From Octopus vulgaris (Eukaryota), in assembly GCA_951406725.2 (NCBI GenBank), contig OX597820.1, positions 68,758,001 through 68,822,000 on the forward strand: a DNA stretch of 64,000 bases, written 5' to 3'. Shown one piece after another: positions 1 through 13,717 of this stretch. Numbering within the stretch: position 1 is the first letter of the stretch; each line of letters begins with the position of its first letter. The notes beneath the pieces are model-generated. The model saw only the letters and a program-made list of their open reading frames with translations, made no database searches and was not told where the DNA came from. The translations under genes were made by a program, and so were the position numbers.

Positions 1-830
<830 letters not shown>

Positions 831-1479
831 ATGCTTGTTTAGAGTAGCGAGGTGGCTTTTTCTATCTAATCCCTATTTGGTTCTCAGCATGTGTCAACTA
901 GGTGACAGATTTCAGTATATATCCTTCCCGCCTTTACATTTTACTTTCGAAAAGCTGTAACAAGCTAGAGCATGTCTGTATGATTACAGGCCTATCTTGA
1001 GTGTGCGCGTATGCGTTTGTGTGCGTGTGTGTCCGCGTGTGTGTACGTATTTTGTTTGTGGAATAGAATTTTAACTCAAAAATCGAACGCTCAGACAGTG
1101 GGTAATCCTTGTGAAGTCACAATGAAGAGAAACGTCAGCGAAACTATATAATGCATTCCGTGTAGCAATGATTTACAGATATTCAAATTGTACTCAATAT
1201 AAGACCTACAGTGCCTCGATAACATCTTTATTGTATCATTTTAGGAGCTGTTTCATTCAATGAAAAAATAATGTCTCATATCCGACACACATGAGTCTTG
1301 TATCCGCAGAAGTAATAATTTGTTATGAAATATCCACTATTATTATGTGTATTATTGTTGCTGTTGCTGTTGTAACTTTTGATGAAGTCATTCATGTTGT
1401 TATAGCTGTTCTGTTCAAATACTATTGTTAGGCAACTATTATGATGATGTCTATAAAATTTTCTTAGACTGTGTAATAT

Positions 1480-2042
<563 letters not shown>

Positions 2043-2044
2043 TA

Positions 2045-2350
2045 GGTGCAGGCTTGGCTGTATGCTAACAAGCTTGGTTCCGAAAAATATGGTTCGATGT
2101 TCAGTCACACTGCGTGGCACCTTCGGCATGTGTGTGTCAGTGTAGTCTCGTGCGGACGAAAAACCTTGAAAGTGGATAAAAGTAGACGGAAACTGAAAGA
2201 CGCTCGTCGTATATATATATATATATATATTTGTGCGTGTGTATGTGTGTCCAATTTGTATCCGTATTTGTCCCTACCACCACCGCTTCAAAACCGGTGC
2301 TGGTGACTTTATGGCCCCGTAACTTTGCGGTTTGGCAAAAGAGACACTGA
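2045..2350 (+). mobile_element. Diverged tRNA-derived SINE, family A (CORE-like segment, internal TA/TG microsatellite)
   Basis: Colinear with the copies at 17611-17999 and 9395-9783 (GGCGCAGG head, GTTCAGTC B-box, GGCACCTT-GGCA, GTAGACGGAAACTGAAAGA, CCCCGTAACTT). Confidence 0.8.
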
Positions 2351-2430
2351 CCCAAGATGGACGCTGTCTAATGGCGGAAACAATTTAAAGATAGAAGAAA
2401 TGATATATACATTTGTACATATGTATAAAC

Positions 2431-2512
<82 letters not shown>

Positions 2513-2924
2513 TGAGAGAGGTAGAGATAAAGTGTACTTACTATTTATATATTAAATTTTATTTAAGTCTTATTTGTATATGCATCCTGTACTGGATTTT
2601 TTACAATACTCTTTCAATACTGATTATTAGTAGCAGTCGCTCGAAATTATTAGTGAATTATTACAATCAATATTTATAAAAGTGTATTCTTATTCCTGTT
2701 ATTATTATCATTATTATAATTATCTTTATATTATCTCACTCAAATCTGGGTTGACGTTGCGTGTGTGAGCGTCATTTTATGTAACTCGTTGAGATTGCCT
2801 GAAATTTATCTGTGATATACGAATAAAATTTTAGCCCCTTTGCGCTCATAATATCTATACACACAAGCACGTGTATACAAACACCCCCCCCATATATATA
2901 TATATAATTGTGCACACATTAATT

Positions 2925-2974
2925 TATCTATCTACCATCTATCTATCTATCTATCAATCTATCTATCTTTCTCC

Positions 2975-3044
<70 letters not shown>

Positions 3045-3066
3045 ATCTATCTATCTATCTAGCTAG

Positions 3067-3128
<62 letters not shown>

Positions 3129-3310
3129 GTCTATCTATCTATCTATCCGTCTGCCTGTCTGTTCGTCAATGTGTTTGTCTGTACAAAATTTATCTATCTA
3201 TCTATCTCTCTATATATATTCTTATCTATCTGTCTATGTATATGTGTGTGTATGTGAATGTGCGTGTGTGCGCGCGCGCGCGTGTGTGTGTTTGTGTGCG
3301 TGTGTGTGAT
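2925..3310. repeat. (TATC)n and (TG)n microsatellites
   Basis: Directly visible. Confidence 0.95.
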
Positions 3311-3575
3311 TTGTAGGCAATACCTTCTTAGGGAAATAAATCATATACCAATAACGCCAATAAATAAACTTTAATGAATAACCTACGAGCTGTAAAAACG
3401 TATTCATACCCAAACAGTTCCACTTGATAAAATTCAACTGCGGCACGTAGGCTCAACAATAAATCATGAATATGTTTAGAAGATATATATTTCAAAACGT
3501 TGATATGTGATGTGCATACATATCTCATGCTAGTTTGCAGGACTCATTAAGCATAGAAACACATGCGCACACACA

Positions 3576-3616
<41 letters not shown>

Positions 3617-4081
3617 ACACAAACAGACACACAAACACACACACACACATGAATGTACACTCTATGTACGGATATGTGTTTTGAGGATGCATGATATATA
3701 TATACACTTTATTTAAAAGCTGTAGAAATATAACAAAAGCTGTTACTCAGAGTTCCATGTTGCCATTCGTCAGACTTTCCAACTTGCTTCTCATTTATGT
3801 GCTTGCTCCGGTATATATATATGTATGCATATATATATATATATATATAATATTGTATATTATATATATACATATAATATATATATGTTATACACATATA
3901 TATATATGTAAATATAATATATATACGTATATATAATATATATTTTACAGATATATATAATATATGTATATGCATGTATGTATATATGTGTGTGTATGAA
4001 TATATATATATATATATAAATATTTATATATATACATATATATGCATATATATATATACATATATATATATATATGCATAT

Positions 4082-4114
<33 letters not shown>

Positions 4115-4770
4115 CATCTACATATACGTACTTATAAAGTAAAAGATAGGTCTGTAGAATTAAATATAACCCTAGTATATATGTGTGTGTGCGTGTGTTG
4201 ATGCATATCTGCTTTTGCGCATGTTTGTGCTTGTGCGTGCGTGATTTTCTGCAAAAACTCGCACGCCTCTTTCGTTCTAGTTTTTTCTTTTTCACTTATG
4301 CTATATTAAACTGCATGAAAATATAAATATGCATTCTCTCTATGTGTAAATGTTTATTTGTCCAGACACAAACATGTACCCGTAAATAAAACTTTTATTA
4401 CATTATATAATGTAATATTATATCTAATTATATTACATATCATTATATTTTAATATATAATTTGCAATAATATATGAAAATTTTACGAGAATTTTCTCCC
4501 ACAATTTATCAATTTTATTTTACACCTACAAATCCCAAACAGATATGTATATAAGTATGCATGTGTGTGTATATTTGTATAGATATATTTATATACATAT
4601 AGATATATATACATATACACAGGCACGATATATATGTACATATATATATATGTATGCTTACACACACACACGCACACACATACACACAAATACACACATA
4701 TATATACATCTGTTCCTTCATGTTCATTGAATATTCTTCATATATTATTGGATAAATATTTACAACAGCA

Positions 4771-4782
4771 TTAATAATAATA

Positions 4783-4853
<71 letters not shown>

Positions 4854-4927
4854 AAGAAGAAGAAGAAGAAGAAGAAAGAGGAGGGGGAGGACAACAATAA
4901 CAACAACAACAACAACTACAACAACAA
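4771..4927. repeat. Compound trinucleotide (TAA)n-(GAA)n-(CAA)n
   Basis: Directly visible. Confidence 0.95.
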
Positions 4928-5443
4928 AAATTGTGTGTATACTGTTGAATTTGTTAAAATCCTCGTTTCGATGGATTCAGTTCTAACTTTTATACCCGAA
5001 GTTTCATGTCACACCAAGGTTGACTGCATTTCAATCCACGTCTCTCAGATTAGTATCACACTAATGAATGGCAAGTACTAAACCAACTCACTAAATCTTC
5101 ATACTCGCTATGATTCAGTTTCCGTGACCATATCGTGATAGAAAAACTATAAATTTCCCCAAATTCAATGCAAGGCACCAGTAATACGCTGGATTTGTTT
5201 CAACCTTATGATTATTCTATTTATTACAGAAACCATCGATAACACATCCTAAAAGGGTCTCTGTTTTCCTACAGGAGGAGGACATTTAGATTGGAAATTT
5301 CAGTCCTGAGATCGAATCTTGATGAAGGTGATAAATTTTATTCATTTTGGATTCGATAACATAGGCGATCGGCAAAGAATCGTGCCAATATAATCGGCTA
5401 TAATTAAAGTCCACACTAAAATTAGTGAGGCTTGTGCCATTGT

Positions 5444-5670
5444 CTTCTTCTTCTTCTTCTTCTTCTTCTTCTTCTTCTTCTTCTTCTTCTTCTTCTTCTT
5501 CTTCTTCTTCTTCTTCTTCTACTTCTTCTTCTCCTCCTCCTCCTCCTCCTCCTTCTTCTTCTTCTTCTTCTTCTTCTTCTTCTTCTTCTTCTTCTTCTTC
5601 TTCTTCTTCTTCTTCTTCTTCTTCTTCTTCTTCTTCTTCTTCTTCTTCTTCTTCTTCTTCTTCTCCTTCT
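5444..5670. repeat. Long (TCT)n/(CCT)n polypyrimidine trinucleotide tract
   Basis: Directly visible; gives the poly-S/poly-L/poly-R pseudo-ORFs. Confidence 0.95.
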
Positions 5671-5702
5671 TTTTCTCATTACTATTGTTATCATTATGTT
5701 TG

Positions 5703-5905
5703 TAACCCGGGGAAAATGCTGAGTGGCATTTCCTTCTTTTTGGGATTCTGAGTTCAAATTCTGCCGAGGTCGTCTGTGTCTTTTATCCTTTTTGGGGTCG
5801 ATGAAATGATTACCAGTTGAGTACTGGAGTCGATGTAAGCGACTAATCGCTCCCACCAAATTTCAGGTCTTGTACATATATTAGAAAGGATTACTATTAT
5901 TATTA

Positions 5906-5987
<82 letters not shown>

Positions 5988-6004
5988 CATTATTATTATT
6001 ATTA

Positions 6005-6040
<36 letters not shown>
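5703..6040 (+). mobile_element. SINE family B (5'-truncated, diverged) with (ATT)n tail
   Basis: GAGTTCAAATTC-GCCGAGGTCG...ATCCTTT-GGGGTCGAT-AAAT..TACCAGTT matches copies at 15745 and 23553; followed by a long (ATT)n tract. Confidence 0.75.
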
Positions 6041-6041
<1 letters not shown>

Positions 6042-6112
6042 TTCGTCATCAGCAATATCGTCGACATTATTCAATGGAGAAAAGGATAAAAACAGATGAA
6101 AAAGAAAAATGA

Positions 6113-6147
<35 letters not shown>

Positions 6148-6728
6148 AAGAAGAAGAAGAAGAAGAAGAAGAAGAAGAAGAAGAAGAAGGAGAAGAAGAA
6201 GAACGTATATCGTCATTATCATTATTGTTGTTGCTGTTGTGTTTTCTTTTTGGCATCTCTGCTCTGAATAACTAAATTTTTGAGACAAGTTTCCGAATAA
6301 TTTTATTATGTGTTATGTGATATGTATGTTGAATATCAATAAATATTGGCCTCCTCGATCTGGAGCGGTATCTCTTATTTTCTATTTTCTATGTGTATAT
6401 ACATACACTCTAATATAGACGTAATCATACATAGACTAGCGCACACACACACACGCACACACACACACGCACACACACACACATACGTACGCACACACAC
6501 GCACATATACAAAAGTACATGCATAGACGTATGCATTCATATATGAACACAGATATTGGACACATATACATATTTTTCTACATGGATATATATCTCCACA
6601 TTTCAATGCATATGTGTGTGTGTGTGTGTGTATGTGTGAGTGTTTGTATGTGTATACATATATATATACAAATGTATATATATCTATATACATATATGTG
6701 TATACAAATTCATAACAGAACATGTGTG

Positions 6729-6768
<40 letters not shown>

Positions 6769-6790
6769 TGAATATATATATATATACATG

Positions 6791-6846
<56 letters not shown>

Positions 6847-7068
6847 CACAAATAAGAACTTCTGTAGAGATAAATATATATAGTATATGTGTATTTGTGT
6901 GTGTGTGCACAATAAATATATAAATTTCCTTGCAGCAGAGTTGTGCAACTGTCTTGTTACATGCGTTGCTTGCCAGTTTGCAGATAAAATATAATAGGAT
7001 AGGAGAGACTAGAAGAAATAATGGCAATAATAACAACATCATTGATAACAACAACAACAACAACAATC

Positions 7069-7127
<59 letters not shown>

Positions 7128-7794
7128 TACAACTATTACAGAAAATTAAAAGAAGGGTAATAACGATTGTCTAAGCTGAAGATGAAGTGGAGTATTGCAT
7201 AGTATAAGCATAAAATAAATAGATAAAACCCTTTTTCACAAAGAATTCCTCACATCCCCGGAGGAATATATTTTGAAAATCATTTTTGCTGAACGTCTAA
7301 GTATTCAGGCCCCGGAAACTTGCAAAGCACATACACTCTAACGGTTACACTACACACGTAAACTCTCATATATGCAAATATACACACAAACACACACGCA
7401 TCACAGACACATACACGCACATTCACACAATTATACACACAACCACACGCACGCGTGCATAAACATTTGCATAGCCAGGCAAAGAGTCCCAAGTATAACT
7501 ATCACGTATGTAGATATCCAGTTTATCTGTTTCAATACTTGCACGTATATATGCAATATGCACCAAGAAAGTGTGTCAACAAACAGTTGTAAATGATGTA
7601 AATAATAAAATGTTTACGTGTGCCAACGAATAAGTGCCTGTGTATTATCCCTGTATGAATGTATGTGCGTGTGTATATATTATATATTTTTATATATATA
7701 TATATATATATATGTATACACACACATATATATATATATATATAGACATACACACACATACACTTATATATATATACATATATGTATATATTTA

Positions 7795-8330
7795 TAAACG
7801 TTTAAATATTTGTTGTGCAAGATTTTTTATGTGAAGTCGTGTGTTGAAACAGATATTGTTATATTTCGGAATGGTCATATTGCCAGTTTAGCCAATAAAA
7901 ACACACGCACTATATATTTGGTGTTATTTTGCTTCAGTGATATTTATTTTTTACATTAATCTTAATCTTATTTCGGCCAAAGTTCTTTCGTCACACTCCT
8001 GTGACCGCATCAGTGGTCCTTTGTTTTCTTCTCACTTACTTGTGTCTCTCCTTACTAAACGTCAGCCATTTTGTATTTCTATTGTATGTCTTCATTTGCG
8101 CATGCTTATATCTCTATGTGCGTCTATGTTTATTTAGTGTGTGTGTGAGGGGGATGCCTGTAATATTTGTATCTTCTGGTTATATACATTCTTGTAATTT
8201 GTATTTTGTTTTTGTTGTTGTTGCTTTTGTTCTAATTTTGTTCATGTGTTTACATCCACCCATTATTATCATTACATATGCTTGTATGTATGTATAACAA
8301 CAATATTAGTAATAATAATAATAAATCTAA
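7795..8330 (-). mobile_element. Penelope-like pseudo-LTR fragment (left arm of a perfect inverted repeat)
   Basis: 7853-8009 is the exact reverse complement of 8482-8638 and carries a hammerhead-like motif. Inverted partial pLTRs and hammerheads are established PLE traits; the assignment is inferred. Confidence 0.6.
7975..8019 (-). ncRNA. Hammerhead-like ribozyme motif with variant core (CUGAUGCG)
   Basis: Minus strand: GGACCA-CUGAUGCG-GUCACA-GGAG-UGUGAC-GAAA-GAAC-UU-UGGCC. Perfect 6-bp stem II, short stem III, stem I CCA/UGG; A9 position is C. Confidence 0.5.
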
Positions 8331-8333
8331 TTG

Positions 8334-8380
<47 letters not shown>

Positions 8381-8481
8381 TATATACATATATACACACA
8401 CATATACACATATACATACACATATACATATATATAGTTATTCATTTCTATTTCTTTAATTATCTGTGTATTTATTATGTT

Positions 8482-8638
8482 TGCGGTCACAGGAGTGTGA
8501 CGAAAGAACTTTGGCCGAAATAAGATTAAGATTAATGTAAAAAATAAATATCACTGAAGCAAAATAACACCAAATATATAGTGCGTGTGTTTTTATTGGC
8601 TAAACTGGCAATATGACCATTCCGAAATATAACAATAT
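8482..8638 (+). repeat. 157-bp inverted copy of 7853-8009
   Basis: Base-for-base reverse complement by eye. Confidence 0.9.
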
Positions 8639-8659
8639 ATTTATATATATATAAATATA

Positions 8660-8731
<72 letters not shown>

Positions 8732-8741
8732 AATACCTACA

Positions 8742-8787
<46 letters not shown>

Positions 8788-8789
<2 letters not shown>

Positions 8790-8977
8790 ATCCAAACATG
8801 AAAACACAAAGAGAAAACACAACAACGCGAGGACGTGGAACAAGTATAGTGTTATTGGACGATCAGGAAAGAAGGAAAGAAGGAGGGTTTAACGTTTCGA
8901 GCGGAACTCTTCGTCAGAAACATAGGGAAAGGCAAGACGGAGGACAAAAATCGCAAACGGTACACGCGCGGTCACAT
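8788..8977 (-). mobile_element. Penelope-like pseudo-LTR fragment carrying a minimal hammerhead
   Basis: Contains the hammerhead at 8887-8921; related purine-rich relics lie at 54200-54345 and 56095-56270. Confidence 0.55.
8887..8921 (-). ncRNA. Minimal type I hammerhead ribozyme (PLE-type, palindromic stem III)
   Basis: Minus strand: GUUU-CUGACGA-A-GAG-UUCCG-CUC-GAAAC-GUU-AAAC. Intact core, stem I GUUU/AAAC, stem II GAG/CUC, loopless palindrome AACGUU. Confidence 0.75.
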
Positions 8978-9394
8978 ATTCGACTTTCACTCTCGAACGG
9001 TGTGAAAAATAAGCACTCTATAATGTTTTCGCTTATGAGGGATCCTAATCTTGAATGTTACACACCGATTGTATTACGGATGTATCATTGTGTATGTAAA
9101 AATGAAAGGTACTACTTTACATATAATATAATACGTGTTCCTTTGCGAGTGTGTGTGTGTGTGTGTGTATGTATGTATTTGCTTTTGTGTGTGTGAGTGT
9201 GTGTACGTGTGAGCAAAAACCTTTAACCTTCTCAGACAAGGTACGACGAACAGATTCTCCTGAAAAACAAAATGGCCTTCCTATGACGAAATAAAACATA
9301 ATTCAATCTGTACGAACGTATTAAAAACGATTATGAATATCCTCGTTCTCATTCCCTCAGTTCGCGGGGCACATGATGATTTATCTATTATTCT

Positions 9395-9783
9395 GTTATT
9401 TATTTCAGTTATTTGACTGCGGCCATGCTGGAGCACCGCGCTTATGCGAACAAATCAACCCCAGGACTTATTGTTTGTATGCCTAGTACTAATTCTATTG
9501 GTCTGTTTTGCCGAACCGCTAAGTTACGTGTACGCAAGCACACCAGCAGCGGTTGTCAAACATATAAATATATACACACACACTCACACACACACACGTA
9601 CACACACACACATATACATTCGACGGGCTTCTTTCGGTTTTCGTCTACCAAATCCCCTCGGAAGACTTTGGTCGACCCGATGCCTTAGTAGAACACACTT
9701 GCCCAAGGTGCTATGTAGTGGGACTGAACCCGGAAGCATGTGGTTGGTAAGCGAGCTGCTTACTACACAGCCACTCCTGTGCC
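9395..9783 (-). mobile_element. tRNA-derived SINE family A, near full length
   Basis: Minus strand: GGCACAGGAGTGGCTGTGTAGTAAG (A box)...CCGGGTTCAGTCCC (B box)...GCACCTTGGGCAAGTG (CORE-like)...GCGGTGCTCCAGCATGGCCGCAGTCAAAT tail. Confidence 0.9.
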
Positions 9784-10039
9784 TATTTATATTCATTTCT
9801 TTTACGTTCTTGATTCAGCACGAGGGCTGGGGTCATGCTGGGGCACCGACGTTGAAAAGAGTAGGTTGCTTATAGCACCTAGGTTTTCCAAGCCCTCAAC
9901 CGTCTAAATAATAAATAGGCTTGAAGCACCTTAACTTCGCTGATCGGATGAGAAACGGTGCATACACACACTCACATACACGCACCACACACACACACAC
10001 AAATACACACAAACCCACAAACGCAGACCCCACCCACAT

Positions 10040-10275
10040 AGCTGACAACAAGGTATGCGATAATGAACAAAGAAAAGTTGATAGACATGACAGGTTAGCT
10101 TGGGAAGTTAAGCAGTTGTGGTCGATGGTAAAGGCGATAATAGTACCAATAATTGTGGGAGCCCTGGCAACAGTGAGTAAATATCTTGAGGAGTACATGA
10201 GGCTGCAATGAGGTGGAGCACTTGCAGAAAACAGCACTGCTTGGAACCGCTCGAATACTCCGGAGAGTTCTCACA
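10040..10275 (+). mobile_element. R4/Dong-like non-LTR retrotransposon 3' fragment (REL endonuclease end)
   Basis: ADNKVCDNEQRKVDRHDRLAWEVKQLWSM..PIIVGAL..EHLQKTALLGTARILRRVL; same subfamily as 10717-11127. Confidence 0.85.
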
Positions 10276-10340
10276 TATCCATGTTAAAAGCTGTGCAAAG
10301 ATGACAACAACAACAATAATAATAATGATAATAATAATAA

Positions 10341-10700
10341 TGACAACGTGTCTCTAAAAGAAATGGAGTAACTCTCAAAATACAAAGACCTGGAAATAGA
10401 GGTAACCAGAATGTGGAATCTAAAAACAGAAATAGTTCTTATCTTAGTAGGTGCATTAGACATGATAAAAAAATATTCAGACAAATATATAACAAAAACA
10501 CCAGGACTTACAAACACATATAACATACAGAAAATTGCACTACTAGGCATTGCACACATCTTACGCAGAACACTTTCCATACAATAACCATCAGAGCATC
10601 ACAACAAATCACAGCACATACCCAAGGCACACAGAGTTGCGCTCGGTAGTGAAGTGAGAGCACGCTATAAAAATAAAACTACTGAATAATAATAATAATA
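10341..10700 (+). mobile_element. R4/Dong-like 3' fragment, second subfamily, with 3' UTR and (TAA)n tail
   Basis: DNVSLKEME*LSKYKDLEIEVTRMWNLKTEIVLILVGALDMIKK...IQKIALLGIAHILRRTLSIQ* (stop 10585-10587); TAA repeats on both sides. Confidence 0.85.
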
Positions 10701-10716
10701 ATATTTATAATAATAA

Positions 10717-11155
10717 TACCACCAAAAACCTGAGGGCATCGTCGAAAATAGAAATGCAAAGATCTTATGGTATTTTAAGATTCAATGCGACCATGAGATA
10801 GAGAACAGGAAGCCGGACATAGTCTTACATGAGAAAGAAAAGAAACTATGCTGGATCATAAATATAGCATGCCCAGCTGACAAAAATGTATGCGATAAGG
10901 AAGAAAGAAAAGTCGAGAGATGTGACAGGATAGCTTGGGAAGTTAAGCAGTTGTGGTCGATGAAGAAGGTAGCAGTAGTACCAATAATTGTCGGAGCCCT
11001 GGAAACAGTGAACAAAAATCCCGAGAAGTACCTGGAACAAATAGGGGCTGCAATAAGGGTGGAGCACTTGCAGAAAATAGCACTGCTTGGAACCGCTCGA
11101 ATACTGCGGAAGGCGCTCGAAAAATAAGGTGTTCACTGGTAGAGAACAGCAATAA
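10717..11155 (+). mobile_element. R4/Dong-like 3' fragment with uninterrupted PD-(D/E)xK REL endonuclease frame
   Basis: Open frame 10717-11127: YHQKPEGIVENRNAKILWYFKIQCDHEIENRKPDIVLHEKEKKLCWIINIACPADKNVCDKEERKVERCDRIAWEVKQLW...VPIIVGAL...LQKIALLGTARILRKALEK*. It is absent from the ORF track. Confidence 0.9.
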
Positions 11156-11214
11156 TGATACTACTACTACTACTACTACTGCTGCTGCTGCTGTTGCTAC
11201 TACTACTGCTGCTG

Positions 11215-11266
<52 letters not shown>

Positions 11267-11336
11267 CACTAATAATAATAATAATAATAATAGTAATAAT
11301 AATGATGATGATGATGATGATAATGATAATAATAAT

Positions 11337-11960
11337 TGCAACAATGGACTTGAATTAGTGGTCCACTTAATCTCTGGGTGTAAGTTTTAAGCACCAGTTG
11401 AATATAAATCTAGACATGACAGAGTTGTCCAATATCTACCCCGGGTACTGTGTTGGCAAAACTGTTGACAAACAGTAGAAGCACAGATTGGACTATCAAA
11501 GCTAATAAACCAGATATTTTTGTGAAGGGCCCAAACAATAAAGTCATTTTACTGATTGACATGAGCCTAACCTGTGACCATAATACCTCGGCAAAAGAAT
11601 TTGATAAGCTCAGAAAGTATGAAGATTTACTAATCGAAATTGAAAAGACGTGGCAGGCATCTCAAGACGGTTACAATACCAGTGATTGTAGGAGCACTTG
11701 GAAAGGTCAAAAAAGGAACTGAGAATTATTTAAGAATAATACCTGGCTTACCAACCGTGCAAGAAGTGCAAAAGGTTGTCTAACCTGATACATCACAATT
11801 TTTCCCACTTATTTTCTTTGTTTACTTCTTTTCAGTTTTTTCCTTCTTTCCTCTGTCTGTGCTTATTTTAATAGCCTACCAATGTATACAGTAAGTTTCT
11901 TTGCCCTAGGTGTTGGGAAGATACTCTGCAAGAAAGGGAAAAAACATTGAAGAAGATAAT
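11337..11960 (+). mobile_element. R4/Dong-like 3' fragment, third subfamily (CCHC knuckle + REL), degenerate
   Basis: CNNGLELVVHLISGC..EYKSRHDRV, IKANKPDIFVK..LLIDMS..KEFDKLRKYEDLLIEIEKTW, IPVIVGALG; contains stops and frameshifts. Confidence 0.85.
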
Positions 11961-11986
11961 TATCATACTACTACTACTACTACTAT

Positions 11987-12051
<65 letters not shown>

Positions 12052-12155
12052 ATGATAATAATAATAATAATAATAATAGTAATAATAATAATAATTATTA
12101 TTATTATTATAATTATAATAATTATAATAATAATAATAATAATAATTATAATTAT

Positions 12156-12233
<78 letters not shown>

Positions 12234-12709
12234 CTTGGTATAAAAGATGGGTCATAGCAAATATTCTACTCAATATCACAGATATGCGTGTCAGTTGTTT
12301 GATCTTGACGAGTTGAGCATGTCCCTTAATGGCTGGCGACATGTGCATCTCTGATCATGAGCAGAAGCAGTGGCGGAACACCATAGCCATGTGGTTGAGA
12401 GGAATTTTCTGGGGTTTGAATGATTCGCCTCTGGAAACATGAGTATCTTGTTCCACATCCTAAAACAACTTTTATTCAGGGGCTTTTGAGCAGGATGGGC
12501 TACTCAACATGAAGAAAAATTCTTACTGGGCCTCCACCTGCAAGGCCATGCGTTGTTTATCGTGATATAAGAGCAACATGTCGCGCACATATGGTTGTGA
12601 TGCTGGTGTCTGGTGCACCATTATCAGACGAGTAGCCATGATATTTATACTGGGCTTTGTATGTTTGTACCTCAGTGCCACTTTGTTGACATGCACTGCT
12701 CTCTCACTC

Positions 12710-12710
<1 letters not shown>
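12234..12710 (+). mobile_element. ~475-bp non-coding insertion within (TAA)n; probable R4/Dong 3' UTR or non-autonomous derivative
   Basis: Sharp junctions with TAA arrays on both sides (…AATAAT-CTTGG / CACTC-AATAATAA…); no recognisable coding frame. Confidence 0.5.
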
Positions 12711-12747
<37 letters not shown>

Positions 12748-13717
12748 TAATAATAATAAGTTAAGAAATAAATAAGGCCAAGAGACATTTAAATAACGAA
12801 TCTTTGTGGTTTTCGTCACTGTTTACAATTATCTTATTTTTTTTAAATTTAAGTTGTGACACTGAATCAGGATTTGTTATTCATTTATTCCAGAAAAATT
12901 TTGCAAAAATGTTACAGGTGTTAAAATTTGATAATTTTCAGAATTTTCAGCCAATCAGAACACAGCGTTTTCGCTGCCTCTTCCATCATCGGCTTCTTCG
13001 GCATGTCACTACAATGCTAGAAATAATTGTCAAAATATTAAAATATACACGAATGAAGTTAACATTAAAACATTCGCGAGCAAATTAAATATTTAAAAGG
13101 TACGAACAAACAAAACCAACAGAAGTTGCTAGAAATAACTGTCAGACCCTTGTTTAAAACAGACATTTATTAGTTAAAAACACTCAAGAACGTAAGTTTG
13201 CAATGCATTCTAGGATTTTATAAAATAAATTAGCTGACCTCGTGCCGTCAAAAATGACGAAATCAAATTAATATACATGTCAATGTTCACATACATTCAC
13301 ATACTTCCCTTGTGCATGCACATACATATGCACATATACTCACAGAGTTGAAACGCTGTTTGATTTTTCTTTTCAGCGTTGAATGTTGAATGTTCACTAT
13401 TCCCATCACCACTTCCTTTCTTCTTCACCTATCACCCCTTTTTTTCTTATTCATATGTTGCGACAGAGAAAAGCACAAGAGTATTATTATTGTAGGAGGT
13501 TATTTTCTTCGTATCTCCTTCACCCTCTTCTGCGTATGCGCTGCATCTTTGGTTACTATGGAAACAGAGTTATTCGCCACGGTGATGTGTAAAATACTCG
13601 CTTCTTTTGCAAATTTTAAAGGCTAATAACATTTTAATTCTGAAGTTATAGGGAAAAGGAATTCCATTTCCATAATTAGTATACAAATCTTAATCCATGT
13701 ACCAAATTTGAAAACAA

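Noticed and set aside
5275-5327. Possible small exon (TTTTCCTACAG ... AAG|GTGATA)
   Set aside because: The peptide is unrecognisable and such signals are common by chance in AT-rich DNA.
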